A DNA stretch of 64,000 nucleotides from Oligoflexia bacterium. Its GTDB lineage: Bacteria > Bdellovibrionota > UBA1018. Made by a program: the position numbers and the translations under genes. Below, piece by piece: positions 1 through 9,755 of this stretch; within the stretch, counting starts at the first letter, position 1; each line of letters opens with the position of its first letter. Where the stretch lies: positions 448,001-512,000 of the forward strand of contig CAVWVI010000001.1 in the NCBI GenBank assembly GCA_963758495.1, read 5' to 3'. The notes under the pieces are model-generated. The model saw only the letters and a list, made by a program, of their open reading frames with translations, did not search any database and was not told where the DNA came from.

Positions 1-727
1 TTTATCCATGCCTGAATTAGATCGAACCCAATCCTTAGTGATCGGTGACCGAATCACAGATATGGAATTAGCGGAAAATATGGGGATTCCTGGAATAAAA
101 ATCACTGCTGATTACGGATGGAAACAAATTGCACTCAATATTTTATCCCTTTCACGAAAAGGCAGTTTTCGAAGAAAAACAAAAGAAACTGAAGTCAGCG
201 TTCAAGTCAATTTAGATCAAGAGTCCAGGATTCAAATCTCCACCGGGATTGGATTTTTCGATCATATGCTAGAACAACTGAGTCACCACGGTTCTTTCAG
301 TACATCCATCCAAGTCAAAGGAGACCTGCATATTGATGATCACCATACAATAGAAGATACCGCTATTTCTTTAGGTTCTGCTTTTCGCGAAGCATTGGGA
401 GATAAAGTAGGCATTGAGCGTTTTGGCTTTTACCTTCCGATGGATGATTCTTCCGCTCAGGTCACACTCGATCTCTCCGGAAGAAATCACTTTCACTTTG
501 ATGGAAACTTGTCGCGTGATTCCATCGGAGGAATGTCTACAGAAATGATTCCTCACTTTTTCAAAAGTTTTTCAGAGAGTCTAGGCGCTAATTTACACAT
601 CAAGTTACAAGGTGAAAATACCCATCATCAAATTGAAGCTGCTTTTAAGGCTGTAGGAAGAAGCTTACGTGCAGCAATTCAACTGACCCGCCCCGGCCAA
701 ATCCCATCCACTAAGGGAGTATTATGA
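1..727 (+). CDS. hisB: Bifunctional histidinol-phosphatase/imidazoleglycerol-phosphate dehydratase, 5'-truncated by the window edge
   Basis: HAD tail (VIGDRITDMELA) followed by IGPD motifs (RKTKET, FFDHML, DDHHTIED, NTHHQIEA, PSTKGVL). Frame is open back to the window start. Confidence 0.95.
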   Translation, partial: LSMPELDRTQSLVIGDRITDMELAENMGIPGIKITADYGWKQIALNILSLSRKGSFRRKTKETEVSVQVNLDQESRIQISTGIGFFDHMLEQLSHHGSFSTSIQVKGDLHIDDHHTIEDTAISLGSAFREALGDKVGIERFGFYLPMDDSSAQVTLDLSGRNHFHFDGNLSRDSIGGMSTEMIPHFFKSFSESLGANLHIKLQGENTHHQIEAAFKAVGRSLRAAIQLTRPGQIPSTKGVL

Positions 728-1311
728 TTGCTGTCCTGAATACCCGCATTGCAAACGCGGCATCTGTCCTCAACTCCCTTGATCGCATCGGTTATTCCGC
801 CCTCTTAACGCAAGATCCCCATAAAATTACAAAAAGTAGTCGAGTCATTTTACCGGGGGTTGGATCAGCTTCCGCCTTAATGGACCACCTTAAATCATTT
901 GAAATATCCGATTGTCTCAAAAGCCTGACTCAACCCGTTTTAGGCATCTGTTTAGGAATGCAAGCCCTTTATGACTTCTCTGAAGAAGGATGGGTCGACT
1001 GCCTGGGAATCTTCTCGGGGCGTGTCGTTAAACTCAATCCTCCTGGAAACCTTCCTATACCTCATATGGGCTGGAATCAGGTGAATCACTGTCAAACCTC
1101 TCGCCTTTTAAAAGGCATTCCTGATCATTCTTATTTTTACTTTGTTCACTCTTTCCAAGTTCCCGAAGGCCCAGAAACTACGGCCTTTACTGAATATGGA
1201 AATAAAATTCCAGCAGTAATTGAATCTTCCCATTGGTTTGGAACTCAATTTCATCCAGAACGATCGGGAAGTTGGGGAGAGAAATTACTTAAAAACTTTT
1301 TAGACCTTTGA
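724..1311 (+). CDS. hisH: Imidazole glycerol phosphate synthase, glutaminase subunit
   Basis: LPGVG, GICLGMQ, PHMGWN, FVHS and QFHPE motifs; ATGA overlap with hisB. Confidence 0.97.
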   Translation: MIAVLNTRIANAASVLNSLDRIGYSALLTQDPHKITKSSRVILPGVGSASALMDHLKSFEISDCLKSLTQPVLGICLGMQALYDFSEEGWVDCLGIFSGRVVKLNPPGNLPIPHMGWNQVNHCQTSRLLKGIPDHSYFYFVHSFQVPEGPETTAFTEYGNKIPAVIESSHWFGTQFHPERSGSWGEKLLKNFLDL

Positions 1312-1323
1312 TTGGACTTAATT

Positions 1324-2055
1324 ATGGAAATTTATCCGGCATTAGATCTTTTAAATGGACAATGCGTAAGACTCAAAGAAGGAAATTTTAATCATAAAAC
1401 AATTTATTCCAAAGATGCAAAATCGATTGTTCAGGCCATTGAAAATGCGGGTTGCAAGAATCTTCACCTAGTGGATCTATCAGGAGCCAAGGATCCGAGC
1501 GAAAAACAAACCATCCTCATTCACCAACTCATTACAGGATCTCAGTTGAAAATTCAATGTGGTGGAGGAGTACGGTCACTTCAAGACGTTACCTATTTAC
1601 TTAACCTCGGAGCTGATCGTATTGTTTTGGGAAGTATAGCCGTTTCAGATCCCAATTTAACTTTCTCCATACTCAAAGAAGTCGGTCCAAATTACATTAC
1701 TCTCGCCCTTGATGTTCAGATTGACCCCAATGGATCTCTAAGAATTGCCACTGACGCTTGGAGAAAAACCTCGTCAGAAAATATTTCTGATTGGATTTCA
1801 TACTACCTTGACGCAGGCCTGAATCGCATCCTCTGTACCGATATTAGCCGAGATGGCATGATGAAAGGTCCTAATTTTCTACTCTACCAAAATCTAGTGA
1901 AAACATTTCCGCAAATCCAATTTCAAGCATCTGGAGGAATTTCTTGTTTACAAGACCTACATACATTGAAAAAAATCGGAGTCCACTCGACGATTATAGG
2001 TAGAGCATTTTACGAAGGAGCAATCTCACTTCAAGAGGCACTTACCCCATGTTAG
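1324..2055 (+). CDS. hisA: ProFAR isomerase
   Basis: [38 protein letters not shown] motifs. ATG at 1324 preferred over TTG at 1312. Confidence 0.96.
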   Translation: MEIYPALDLLNGQCVRLKEGNFNHKTIYSKDAKSIVQAIENAGCKNLHLVDLSGAKDPSEKQTILIHQLITGSQLKIQCGGGVRSLQDVTYLLNLGADRIVLGSIAVSDPNLTFSILKEVGPNYITLALDVQIDPNGSLRIATDAWRKTSSENISDWISYYLDAGLNRILCTDISRDGMMKGPNFLLYQNLVKTFPQIQFQASGGISCLQDLHTLKKIGVHSTIIGRAFYEGAISLQEALTPC

Positions 2056-2816
2056 CAAAACGAATTATTGCTTGTCTTGATGTTAAAGATGGAAAAGTAG
2101 TTAAAGGGATACGCTTCAAGAATCACGAACCCGTGGGTGAAATTAAAGATTTAGCTATTCGTTATCAAGAAGAAGGCGCAGATGAATTGGTCTTTTATGA
2201 TATTACCGCAAGCGCTGACGGCCGCAGAGTATCCAAAATTTGGGTCAAAACAATCGCAAGATTTTTAAACATTCCATTTTGTGTAGCAGGTGGCATTCGA
2301 AGTGTAGATGATGCTGCTGAAGTTTTATTATCAGGTGCAGATAAAATCTCTATTAATTCTCCTGCTATCAAAAACCCCCGATTGATCACTGAGCTATCTA
2401 ACCGGTTTGGCCAACAATGCATCGTTGTTGGAATAGACTCTATGCAAGTAGGTTCTGATTATGAAGTCTGTTGTTACACGGGTTATGAATCTACCACGCA
2501 AAGAACACGAAAAAAAACCATGGAATGGTTAAAGGAAGTGCAGTCCCTGGGAGCAGGAGAAATTGTACTCAATTGTATGGACCGTGATGGAACTGGCTCA
2601 GGATATGATTTAAAGCAACTCAAACTTGCTCGAGAAACAGTTTCAATTCCATTGGTTGCCTCTGGAGGTGCCAGAACCATCGAAGATTTTGAAAAAGTAT
2701 TTCAAGAGAGTCGTGTAGATGCCGCATTAGGTGCGGGCGCTTTTCATAATCGCAAGCTCGTCATTTCTGAACTGAAACTTGCGTTAGCTCAACGGAGGAT
2801 TGAAATTCGCTTATGA
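2049..2816 (+). CDS. hisF: Imidazole glycerol phosphate synthase, cyclase subunit
   Basis: [39 protein letters not shown] motifs. Confidence 0.97.
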   Translation: MLAKRIIACLDVKDGKVVKGIRFKNHEPVGEIKDLAIRYQEEGADELVFYDITASADGRRVSKIWVKTIARFLNIPFCVAGGIRSVDDAAEVLLSGADKISINSPAIKNPRLITELSNRFGQQCIVVGIDSMQVGSDYEVCCYTGYESTTQRTRKKTMEWLKEVQSLGAGEIVLNCMDRDGTGSGYDLKQLKLARETVSIPLVASGGARTIEDFEKVFQESRVDAALGAGAFHNRKLVISELKLALAQRRIEIRL

Positions 2817-3406
2817 AATTAAATTGGGACAAAAAAGATGGCCTGATACCTGCCATCATCCAAGACCATCAGAGTAACGAAATTTTAATGTTAGGATATA
2901 TGAATGCTGAGTCTCTTCAACTCACCCAAGAAACGGGACTCGTGACTTTCTTTAGTCGATCACGACAAGCCATTTGGCAAAAGGGTGAAACCTCTGGAAA
3001 CTCCCTGAGCGTAGTAGAGATCAAGACTGATTGTGATCAGGACGCCCTACTGATCCGTGTGAATCCAAAAGGTCCCGTCTGTCATCGAGCAACGCCCACC
3101 TGCTTTGATTCGGAATATGAATTTCTGGCTGAGTTAGAATCGATTATAGAAAGTAGAAGTCTCAACTCACCTCAAAAATCCTATGTCTATCAACTTTTCA
3201 ATTCGGGTCTCGATCGAATTGCACAAAAAGTCGGGGAAGAAGCGATAGAAACTGTCATAGCTTCTAAAAATGAAGATTTGAAATCATTTGAAAACGAAGC
3301 AGCAGACCTCCTTTTTCATCTCATTTTGCTGCTCAAATTTAAGAAAACGTCACTTTCTCACGTGACTCAACTTCTTAAACTACGCCATCTCTCAAGATTG
3401 TGTTAA
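2813..3406 (+). CDS. hisIE: Bifunctional phosphoribosyl-AMP cyclohydrolase/phosphoribosyl-ATP pyrophosphatase
   Basis: [19 protein letters not shown] followed by KVGEEA and EAADLLFH. Confidence 0.96.
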   Translation: MKLNWDKKDGLIPAIIQDHQSNEILMLGYMNAESLQLTQETGLVTFFSRSRQAIWQKGETSGNSLSVVEIKTDCDQDALLIRVNPKGPVCHRATPTCFDSEYEFLAELESIIESRSLNSPQKSYVYQLFNSGLDRIAQKVGEEAIETVIASKNEDLKSFENEAADLLFHLILLLKFKKTSLSHVTQLLKLRHLSRLC

Positions 3407-3415
3407 CGTAGTGCC

Positions 3416-3613
3416 ATGTTTTCCATACTGGGTTATAAAATTACAAGTACTCTAATCGGTAATAGCTGTTTGATCATTTTGATTACCGTTTGGATTTCTA
3501 TAACGTTTTATAGAAGAAGAGCACAATCGGATAACCAAGAGCTCATTCATGGATTTAAGGATCGACTCAAATCTCTCGATGGAAAAGGTCCATTTTCAAA
3601 TTCAAAACCTTGA
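3416..3613 (+). CDS. Small hypothetical membrane protein (65 aa)
   Basis: Starts 9 bp after hisIE. One hydrophobic stretch followed by RRR. No family recognised. Confidence 0.4.
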   Translation: MFSILGYKITSTLIGNSCLIILITVWISITFYRRRAQSDNQELIHGFKDRLKSLDGKGPFSNSKP

Positions 3614-3653
3614 AATTTTTCCCATTGATTCCATCGCCCCCATCTCTACTGAA

Positions 3654-4268
3654 TTATTTCAGCATCACTCGTTTAAAAGCTGGGCGAGCAAGCATCTGAC
3701 CGAGCCAGGCAGAAAGATGGGTGTATTTCTCAAGCTCAGGAAATCCTGGTTTAATCGCCACAAACTGCCGAGCAAATGGGAAAAGATGGATATCGGCTAA
3801 TGTCATCTGCCCACCCACAAGAAAAGCACTCGAACGAAGCGTCATATCCCAATGAGATAGATGCCCGTGAATTCTCGTGAGCAATTCGGTGGTTTCCACT
3901 TCATTGAGAGTTGACAGTTCGTATTTATAAAGATCAAGGTCGGGCTTAAAAAGCTGATCACACCAATAGGTCCAAAGTCGGACCTGAGCTCTCTCAACAG
4001 ATCCTTGGGGCATCAGCGAAAAATCAGGAAATGCTTCTTCCAAATATTCAGTAATAATACTCGATTGATAAATCACCTGACGGCACTCTTTGAGTTGATG
4101 AACTAAAAGCGGCACTCGACCCTCAGGGTGCAGCGACAAAAGCTCGGCGGAAAGATGAGAAAGATTCTCTTCTACAAGCTGGTACGAAATATTTTTTTCC
4201 TCAAGCACCATCCGTACTCGAATTGCAAAAGGACACCGTCGATAGGAATATAAAGTTAAAGACTGCAT
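3654..4268 (-). CDS. Glutathione S-transferase family protein (SspA-like)
   Basis: LYSYRRCPFAIRVR, GRVPLL, QSSIITEYL, TLADIHLFPF. Start placed at MQSLTLY. Confidence 0.9.
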   Translation of the reverse strand: MQSLTLYSYRRCPFAIRVRMVLEEKNISYQLVEENLSHLSAELLSLHPEGRVPLLVHQLKECRQVIYQSSIITEYLEEAFPDFSLMPQGSVERAQVRLWTYWCDQLFKPDLDLYKYELSTLNEVETTELLTRIHGHLSHWDMTLRSSAFLVGGQMTLADIHLFPFARQFVAIKPGFPELEKYTHLSAWLGQMLARPAFKRVMLK

Positions 4269-4313
4269 AGAAGTGAATCTTACCATAATTTATGTTAAGA
4301 AATAAGACTCACT

Positions 4314-6500
4314 ATGGAATTAGAATTAGATACGTTTGCAAAAATGATTCTATTTGGGTCGACTCTTGAGGAAAAACTCGTAAAAGTAAGTTCTTTTTCC
4401 ATTCCTTCTGGTATGAGTCATCCGCAAAAAGCTATGAATATCCCTGGCTTTCCAGGACGTCCTCCTCAGCTCGCAAAGCCAGGTAAAGCCCCGTTTCCCT
4501 CTCTCAATCAATTACACAAACCCACGGTCCGAGGCGAAGTCCTTCACTTTTTTGCAAATCACGAATTACTTGCTATGGAATTGATGGCCCTCGTCCTTCT
4601 GCGCTTCCCTGAAGCCCCATCTGCATTTCGACAAGGACTAGGTCGAATTATCCAAGAAGAACAAAACCACCTTCAACTTTATCTCAATCGAATGCATGAA
4701 CTGGGTGTTGAATTTGGAGATCTCTCCGTAAGTGATTATTTTTGGAATAATATGAAAAATATGAGGTCTCCACTGGAATTTACTGTCCAGATGAGCCTCA
4801 CTTTTGAACAAGCAAATCTCGATTTCTCACTCTTTTTCATGAATGCAATGAGACGTGAAGGCGACGAAGAAACGGCTTCTCTACTGGAACGAGTTTTTCG
4901 TGAAGAAATAGGTCATGTGAAACACGGTCTCCATTGGTTCAATCGCTGGCGCGAAAAATCTACACCAGAAAGTGATTGGGAAGCCTACTTACGACTTCTC
5001 CCCCCACCCATGACTCCACGTCGAGCTAAAGGATTAGAATTCTGTGCAGAGGCTCGTCGTCAAGGCGGTCTCTCTGAAACTTTTATTCACGAATTAGAGC
5101 TTTATACTGGCTCAAAAGGTCGGCCTCCTGTTGTTTGGATCTACAATCCACACTGCGATAGTGAGATTGCACGAGGTCGCCCTGGTTTTACTCCAACAAA
5201 AGGAGCGAGAAGGCTTGCACAAGATCTTGAACATATCCCTATGTTTCTTGCACTAGATAAAGATTTGGTATTAGTCAAAAATCGTCCACGCTCTGAGTGG
5301 ATCGATTCGTTGCAAAAAAATGGATTTAAGACTCCGGAATTTGCGGAAAATAAAAGTAAACCGATCCTTCAGCAAATTAGGGCTCCAAAAATAGGGGGTC
5401 TAGAACCTTGGGGTTGGAGCCCAGATACGTTCAATCTGTTTCAACCGCTCCGTTCACATTTGGTAGAAATGAATGGTGGAAATAGTGCTTGGTGTCATAA
5501 AATTTTCAATTGTGAAACCTTTCCAAAAACAGGTTTTGGAAAACTTTTTTCAAAATCCTGGAGCGTTCAATTTCTGCAAGAATGGTTAAAAAATCATCCG
5601 GAAATGCACCGGTTTTTGGGACATCCAGAGAGACATCCAGAGGGGCACCCAGAAACGGTGGGTTCTATTTTTGTGGATGAAGGATCCGCAATCCAAAGAA
5701 TTACCCAACTTCTTACTGCGGGATGCTTTGCCATGGTAAAAGCACCTTATGGAACTGCTGGCATGCAAGTCAAACCAGTTCGAACTCTTCAGGAGCTGAA
5801 TGGACCCCTTGGCGGCTGGATTAAAAATATCATTTCAAGCCAAGGTGCTATCATTGTCGAGCACTGGTTAGACAAAATTTGTGATCTTTCAATTCAAATA
5901 GAAATCACAGACGATCAAACCCATCTCCTCGAAGTGCGTCAATTCATAACTGGCATCCATAATGAATATCGAGGCACCTATTTAGGAAGAAAACTCTCAG
6001 AATTGGCGTCAAATCATTTGCGTTTCTTACACTCTGTGCTGGATCCATGGCACCTCCTGATTCGCGATCTAGGATCAAAACTTCGGAAAGAAGGTTACCG
6101 AGGCCCCGCCGGAGTGGATGCCCTTTTGTGGAGGGATAAAAAGGGTGATATTCAAATGAAGCCCTTAGTCGAGCTGAATCCACGATGGACTATGGGCCGA
6201 GTCGCCCTTGCACTTGAAAACCATCTCCTTCCAGGAGTCAATGGTATCTGGGCTTTCCTTCCCATTCGAGAATTGAAAACCTACAACTTTAAAAATGCAG
6301 AAACTTTTGCGGAGTATTTGAAAAGTCAGTATCCTCTCAAAAGAATCCAAGCGGGAGCAAGCCTTCGTATTGAAAGCGGTGTCGTTTTCACAAATGACCC
6401 ATCACGCGCGCAGGAAGTACTCACCGTAATGGGGACATTACCCAATCCTGATTTAGAGAATTTATTGATAAGTCGATCTCAGAGTAATAATTCTAAATAG
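4314..6500 (+). CDS. Ferritin-like (DUF455) domain fused to an ATP-grasp-like domain
   Basis: Di-iron-type motifs HFFANHELLA, EEQNH, FEQANLDF and EEIGHV. C-terminal PWGWS, VKAPYGTAG, IVEHW, GPAGVDA and VELNPRWTMG. Confidence 0.8.
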   Translation: MELELDTFAKMILFGSTLEEKLVKVSSFSIPSGMSHPQKAMNIPGFPGRPPQLAKPGKAPFPSLNQLHKPTVRGEVLHFFANHELLAMELMALVLLRFPEAPSAFRQGLGRIIQEEQNHLQLYLNRMHELGVEFGDLSVSDYFWNNMKNMRSPLEFTVQMSLTFEQANLDFSLFFMNAMRREGDEETASLLERVFREEIGHVKHGLHWFNRWREKSTPESDWEAYLRLLPPPMTPRRAKGLEFCAEARRQGGLSETFIHELELYTGSKGRPPVVWIYNPHCDSEIARGRPGFTPTKGARRLAQDLEHIPMFLALDKDLVLVKNRPRSEWIDSLQKNGFKTPEFAENKSKPILQQIRAPKIGGLEPWGWSPDTFNLFQPLRSHLVEMNGGNSAWCHKIFNCETFPKTGFGKLFSKSWSVQFLQEWLKNHPEMHRFLGHPERHPEGHPETVGSIFVDEGSAIQRITQLLTAGCFAMVKAPYGTAGMQVKPVRTLQELNGPLGGWIKNIISSQGAIIVEHWLDKICDLSIQIEITDDQTHLLEVRQFITGIHNEYRGTYLGRKLSELASNHLRFLHSVLDPWHLLIRDLGSKLRKEGYRGPAGVDALLWRDKKGDIQMKPLVELNPRWTMGRVALALENHLLPGVNGIWAFLPIRELKTYNFKNAETFAEYLKSQYPLKRIQAGASLRIESGVVFTNDPSRAQEVLTVMGTLPNPDLENLLISRSQSNNSK

Positions 6501-6755
6501 AATATATTAATCCAATAAAGTTTTGTTTTGATCAAACTAACTCAATGCATTAGCAGTACTTCTCTATTTTACTTTATGAAGAATTATACCGTAAATTTGA
6601 AAAAAACGACTTAGTTTCTCGTATAGAAATTTAAAAACTAAAAGCTATTAATTGATTTTTTCCAATATTGAATATATGAAATGAGCACTTCGAAGTACTA
6701 TAAATGGAAACCTGTTTTATAACCATCGCGGAAACCACACAAAGAGGGCACTTGG

Positions 6756-8432
6756 ATGAAACTCTGGACAAAGCTATCACCCCTGACACTCATCTTTGGA
6801 TTGCTGATTGTACACGTCCAAACGGCAAAGGCAGAATGCCAATTCAACGAAGTGCTACAGAAAATAGGAAGCCTTGAACCCATTGACTATCAAGCCATTC
6901 TCGAATTCAATACCGAAGCAAAGAAATGTACCGATGACTTTGGCCGAGTGACTCCCTCGTTGCAAGAGTCACTTTATCAAATTGAAAAAACCTACTATTC
7001 TCGCTTTACTGACGAAGCCAAGGATGCCTATCAAGACTTTCTGGCTAAAATCGGTGCTAAAATGCTGAACCCGATTCGAATGCCACAAGATCAGACTCCC
7101 TTTTGGCTCAAAGACCGAGAAAAATATCCTTCCTTGGATGCCTTATCACCTCTTCCCAAAAAAGCAGATATCGTCATTATTGGAGCAGGCTTAACGGGTT
7201 CTTCGGCTGCCTATTATCTCAGTAAGGAGCCCGGAAATAAAAATAAAACGATCCTCGTCTTAGAAGCCAATTATCCTGCCTCTGCCTCAAGCGGCCGAAA
7301 TGGTGGAAACTTCCAATTGCTTCCAGAAAGTTATGTAGGTAATTATGAGGGCCTCGTTCAAGAGCGTTATAAATGGCTGAAATCCAAAAAGCCTGATGCC
7401 GATGAAGCGGTTCTCATGAGAACTGCGAAACATCAAGCTCGGATCTTACTTCAATTTACTTACAATAATTTTTTACGTTTTACAGATCTGGTTCGAAAAG
7501 AAGAGATTCAATGTGACTTATCTCCTCATGGATGGCTTCGTATTCCAGATACTCTGGCAGAACAGACAGCACTCTTAGCAGATGAAGAGTGGATGAAAAC
7601 CACTGGACTTGAATTGACACCTGAAACAGAGATTTGGTCACCTCAGAAAATTACTGAAAATACTGGCATTCGATCTCAGTTTTTAGGAAGATATATTTCT
7701 GGTAGTGGGAATTACCACCCATTTAAATTTGTCATGGGTGTCTTGAAAAAAGCTTCAGAAAATGGTGTAAAGATCTATTCTGGCGTTAAAGTCACTCAAA
7801 TATCTCCTATCCAGACAGGCTCAGTCTTACTCGAAACTTCGCAAGGCTCCATTGACGCTGAAAAAGTGATTGTTGCAACCAATGCCTTCACTCCTCAACT
7901 TTTTCCAAAACTGAGTGAAATCCAATGTTACCCATCTCAGGTGATGAATTTGGAACACGTCAAAAATCAACTCAAAGGGATAACCGTCACTGAAAAGTGT
8001 GGGGATATTTATTATAACTTTCCTTCATCACAGCACTACATCGACTCCAATCATGAAGATCGAGGAATGATTCATTTTGGACTCGACTTTGACCATCCCG
8101 TCCAAGATCCGAATCATTTACCAAGATCAGCCGAGTTATTTGCAGAGATGAAGAAATATACGGATGATCAATTCCCAGATACTCAAAACCAACCCCCCTC
8201 TCGGCTATGGACAGGACCGATGGCTTTTACACCAGACCGTGTCCCTGTCATTGGTTTTTTACCTTCAAAAGAGGCTCCTCATCAAAACATTATTATAGCA
8301 GCAGCGTTTCAAGGTTATGGTGGAAGTTTTTGTACACAAGCGGGTTATGTCGCAGCACAAATGGCCTTGACTGGTGAAACTCCTCCTGACGTCCCGGAAG
8401 ATTTTTTTTCACCTGCACGATTTTATAAGTAG
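6756..8432 (+). CDS. Secreted FAD-dependent oxidoreductase (DAO/PuuB-like)
   Basis: Sec-type signal peptide (..TAKA|EC); IVIIGAGLTG, ASSGRNGG, VIVATNAF, WTGPMAFTPDRVPVIG. Confidence 0.85.
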   Translation: MKLWTKLSPLTLIFGLLIVHVQTAKAECQFNEVLQKIGSLEPIDYQAILEFNTEAKKCTDDFGRVTPSLQESLYQIEKTYYSRFTDEAKDAYQDFLAKIGAKMLNPIRMPQDQTPFWLKDREKYPSLDALSPLPKKADIVIIGAGLTGSSAAYYLSKEPGNKNKTILVLEANYPASASSGRNGGNFQLLPESYVGNYEGLVQERYKWLKSKKPDADEAVLMRTAKHQARILLQFTYNNFLRFTDLVRKEEIQCDLSPHGWLRIPDTLAEQTALLADEEWMKTTGLELTPETEIWSPQKITENTGIRSQFLGRYISGSGNYHPFKFVMGVLKKASENGVKIYSGVKVTQISPIQTGSVLLETSQGSIDAEKVIVATNAFTPQLFPKLSEIQCYPSQVMNLEHVKNQLKGITVTEKCGDIYYNFPSSQHYIDSNHEDRGMIHFGLDFDHPVQDPNHLPRSAELFAEMKKYTDDQFPDTQNQPPSRLWTGPMAFTPDRVPVIGFLPSKEAPHQNIIIAAAFQGYGGSFCTQAGYVAAQMALTGETPPDVPEDFFSPARFYK

Positions 8433-8489
8433 TCTCGACCTTGGCTCCAAATGATATCTGCTTGTGAATGTATAACGTTGGGGGGTTCT

Positions 8490-9752
8490 ATGAAAATTAA
8501 ATTTACCGTTCTTTATTGCCTGTTCGGTGCAGTACTGACTCCAGTTGTGAATGGATCCTCAGAGTTTCATCAAATCTCGTACATGAAAATGAAGTCTCTC
8601 ATTCAACCTCCAAGTGGCAGTACTTTATTACTCGGTAGAGGATTTAATTCTGTTAACGGTACTGTCGGAGGACCCTGCGTTGAAGCTGGAGAAACTATAA
8701 AAAGTGCCCCTTCTCATTCCAATAGCCAAAAGGTCAATTATGCCATGCAAGAAGTTCAATCATTGGAAGATCTCCAAGGGCAATTGGATATAAACTTCAG
8801 CGGATCTCTAGGCCTTGGAGTCTGGAGTGCGGATTTAAAATCTAAATATTATAGAAACAACACCTACAATTCCAATCACTATTACCTTCTTCTTCGAGTG
8901 ACTGTTGAAAACCAAACTGAAATATTGAAAAATTACAAACTCTCCCCATCCGCAGTGGATTTATATACGCGCCAAGGAAAAGAAGCTTTCTTGATGGCTT
9001 GTGGTGACCAGTTTGTAGCTGCGCAGGTTACGGGTGGAGAATTTATTGCTATTCTTGAAATTGAAGCACACTCATCAGATGAAAAGCAAACGATCTCCAC
9101 ACTGCTGAATGCGAGTGGATTGAATTGGAGTGCAGGTCCTCAAGTAAGCACACTACTGACAGAAATCTCAAAACGAAATCGAATCTCCATGACTCTTTTT
9201 CGGGCAGGGGACTCGGGAGCTTTACCACCCCAAGATCCGCAAAAATTGATTGAATATGCCTTAAGTTTTCCGGCAAAAGTACTCAATCAATCCGGAGGTG
9301 CTTGGCCATTCATAATCAATACGGAGTCTTATGATGCCATTTTAGATAAGCCCTCATCTGACTTCATCCATTTAGACGCCCAGCAACATGTCATTGCCGA
9401 ATTAGCTCAAGCTCAAGAAAAAGCAAAATCTATTATAAATGAAATCGAGTACGTTCTTACTCATCAAGATCAGTTTATGAATCCAGATTTGATGAGCCTG
9501 AGGACTATTCAAACTGCTTTAAAAAGTACTTTACATGACATTCAAGAGTCTGCCTACCACTGCGCTTCTGATTTAATCAGGGGCTGTAAGTTTCCTGTCC
9601 TGAATTGGCCGCAGTTCACCTTACCCTCTCACCGCACGGTAACAAGTACCCCAGTCAGTGAGAGTATAACAAATACTGATAGCACCTCAAATGACGGGGG
9701 GCCAGCTAACAGCTCTTCTAATTTTGATGACTTTGGCAACTTGAGTCGTTGA
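8490..9752 (+). CDS. Secreted protein with a MACPF-like signature
   Basis: Signal peptide. LGRGFNS near the N-terminus and F..ACGDQFVAAQVTGGEF resemble the MACPF (Y/W)G(T/S)H(F/Y)x6GG motif. GGGGG RBS-like run upstream of ATG 8490. Confidence 0.55.
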   Translation: MKIKFTVLYCLFGAVLTPVVNGSSEFHQISYMKMKSLIQPPSGSTLLLGRGFNSVNGTVGGPCVEAGETIKSAPSHSNSQKVNYAMQEVQSLEDLQGQLDINFSGSLGLGVWSADLKSKYYRNNTYNSNHYYLLLRVTVENQTEILKNYKLSPSAVDLYTRQGKEAFLMACGDQFVAAQVTGGEFIAILEIEAHSSDEKQTISTLLNASGLNWSAGPQVSTLLTEISKRNRISMTLFRAGDSGALPPQDPQKLIEYALSFPAKVLNQSGGAWPFIINTESYDAILDKPSSDFIHLDAQQHVIAELAQAQEKAKSIINEIEYVLTHQDQFMNPDLMSLRTIQTALKSTLHDIQESAYHCASDLIRGCKFPVLNWPQFTLPSHRTVTSTPVSESITNTDSTSNDGGPANSSSNFDDFGNLSR

Positions 9753-9755
9753 TCA

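Noticed and set aside
3416..3800. Possible frameshifted gene joining ORFs 3416-3613 and 3549-3800
   Set aside because: The second ORF is mostly antisense to the GST gene and has no recognisable motif.
5268..5278. TAAAGATTTGG match to the element loop inside the DUF455 gene
   Set aside because: Only 11 bp with no stem or ends; compatible with chance.
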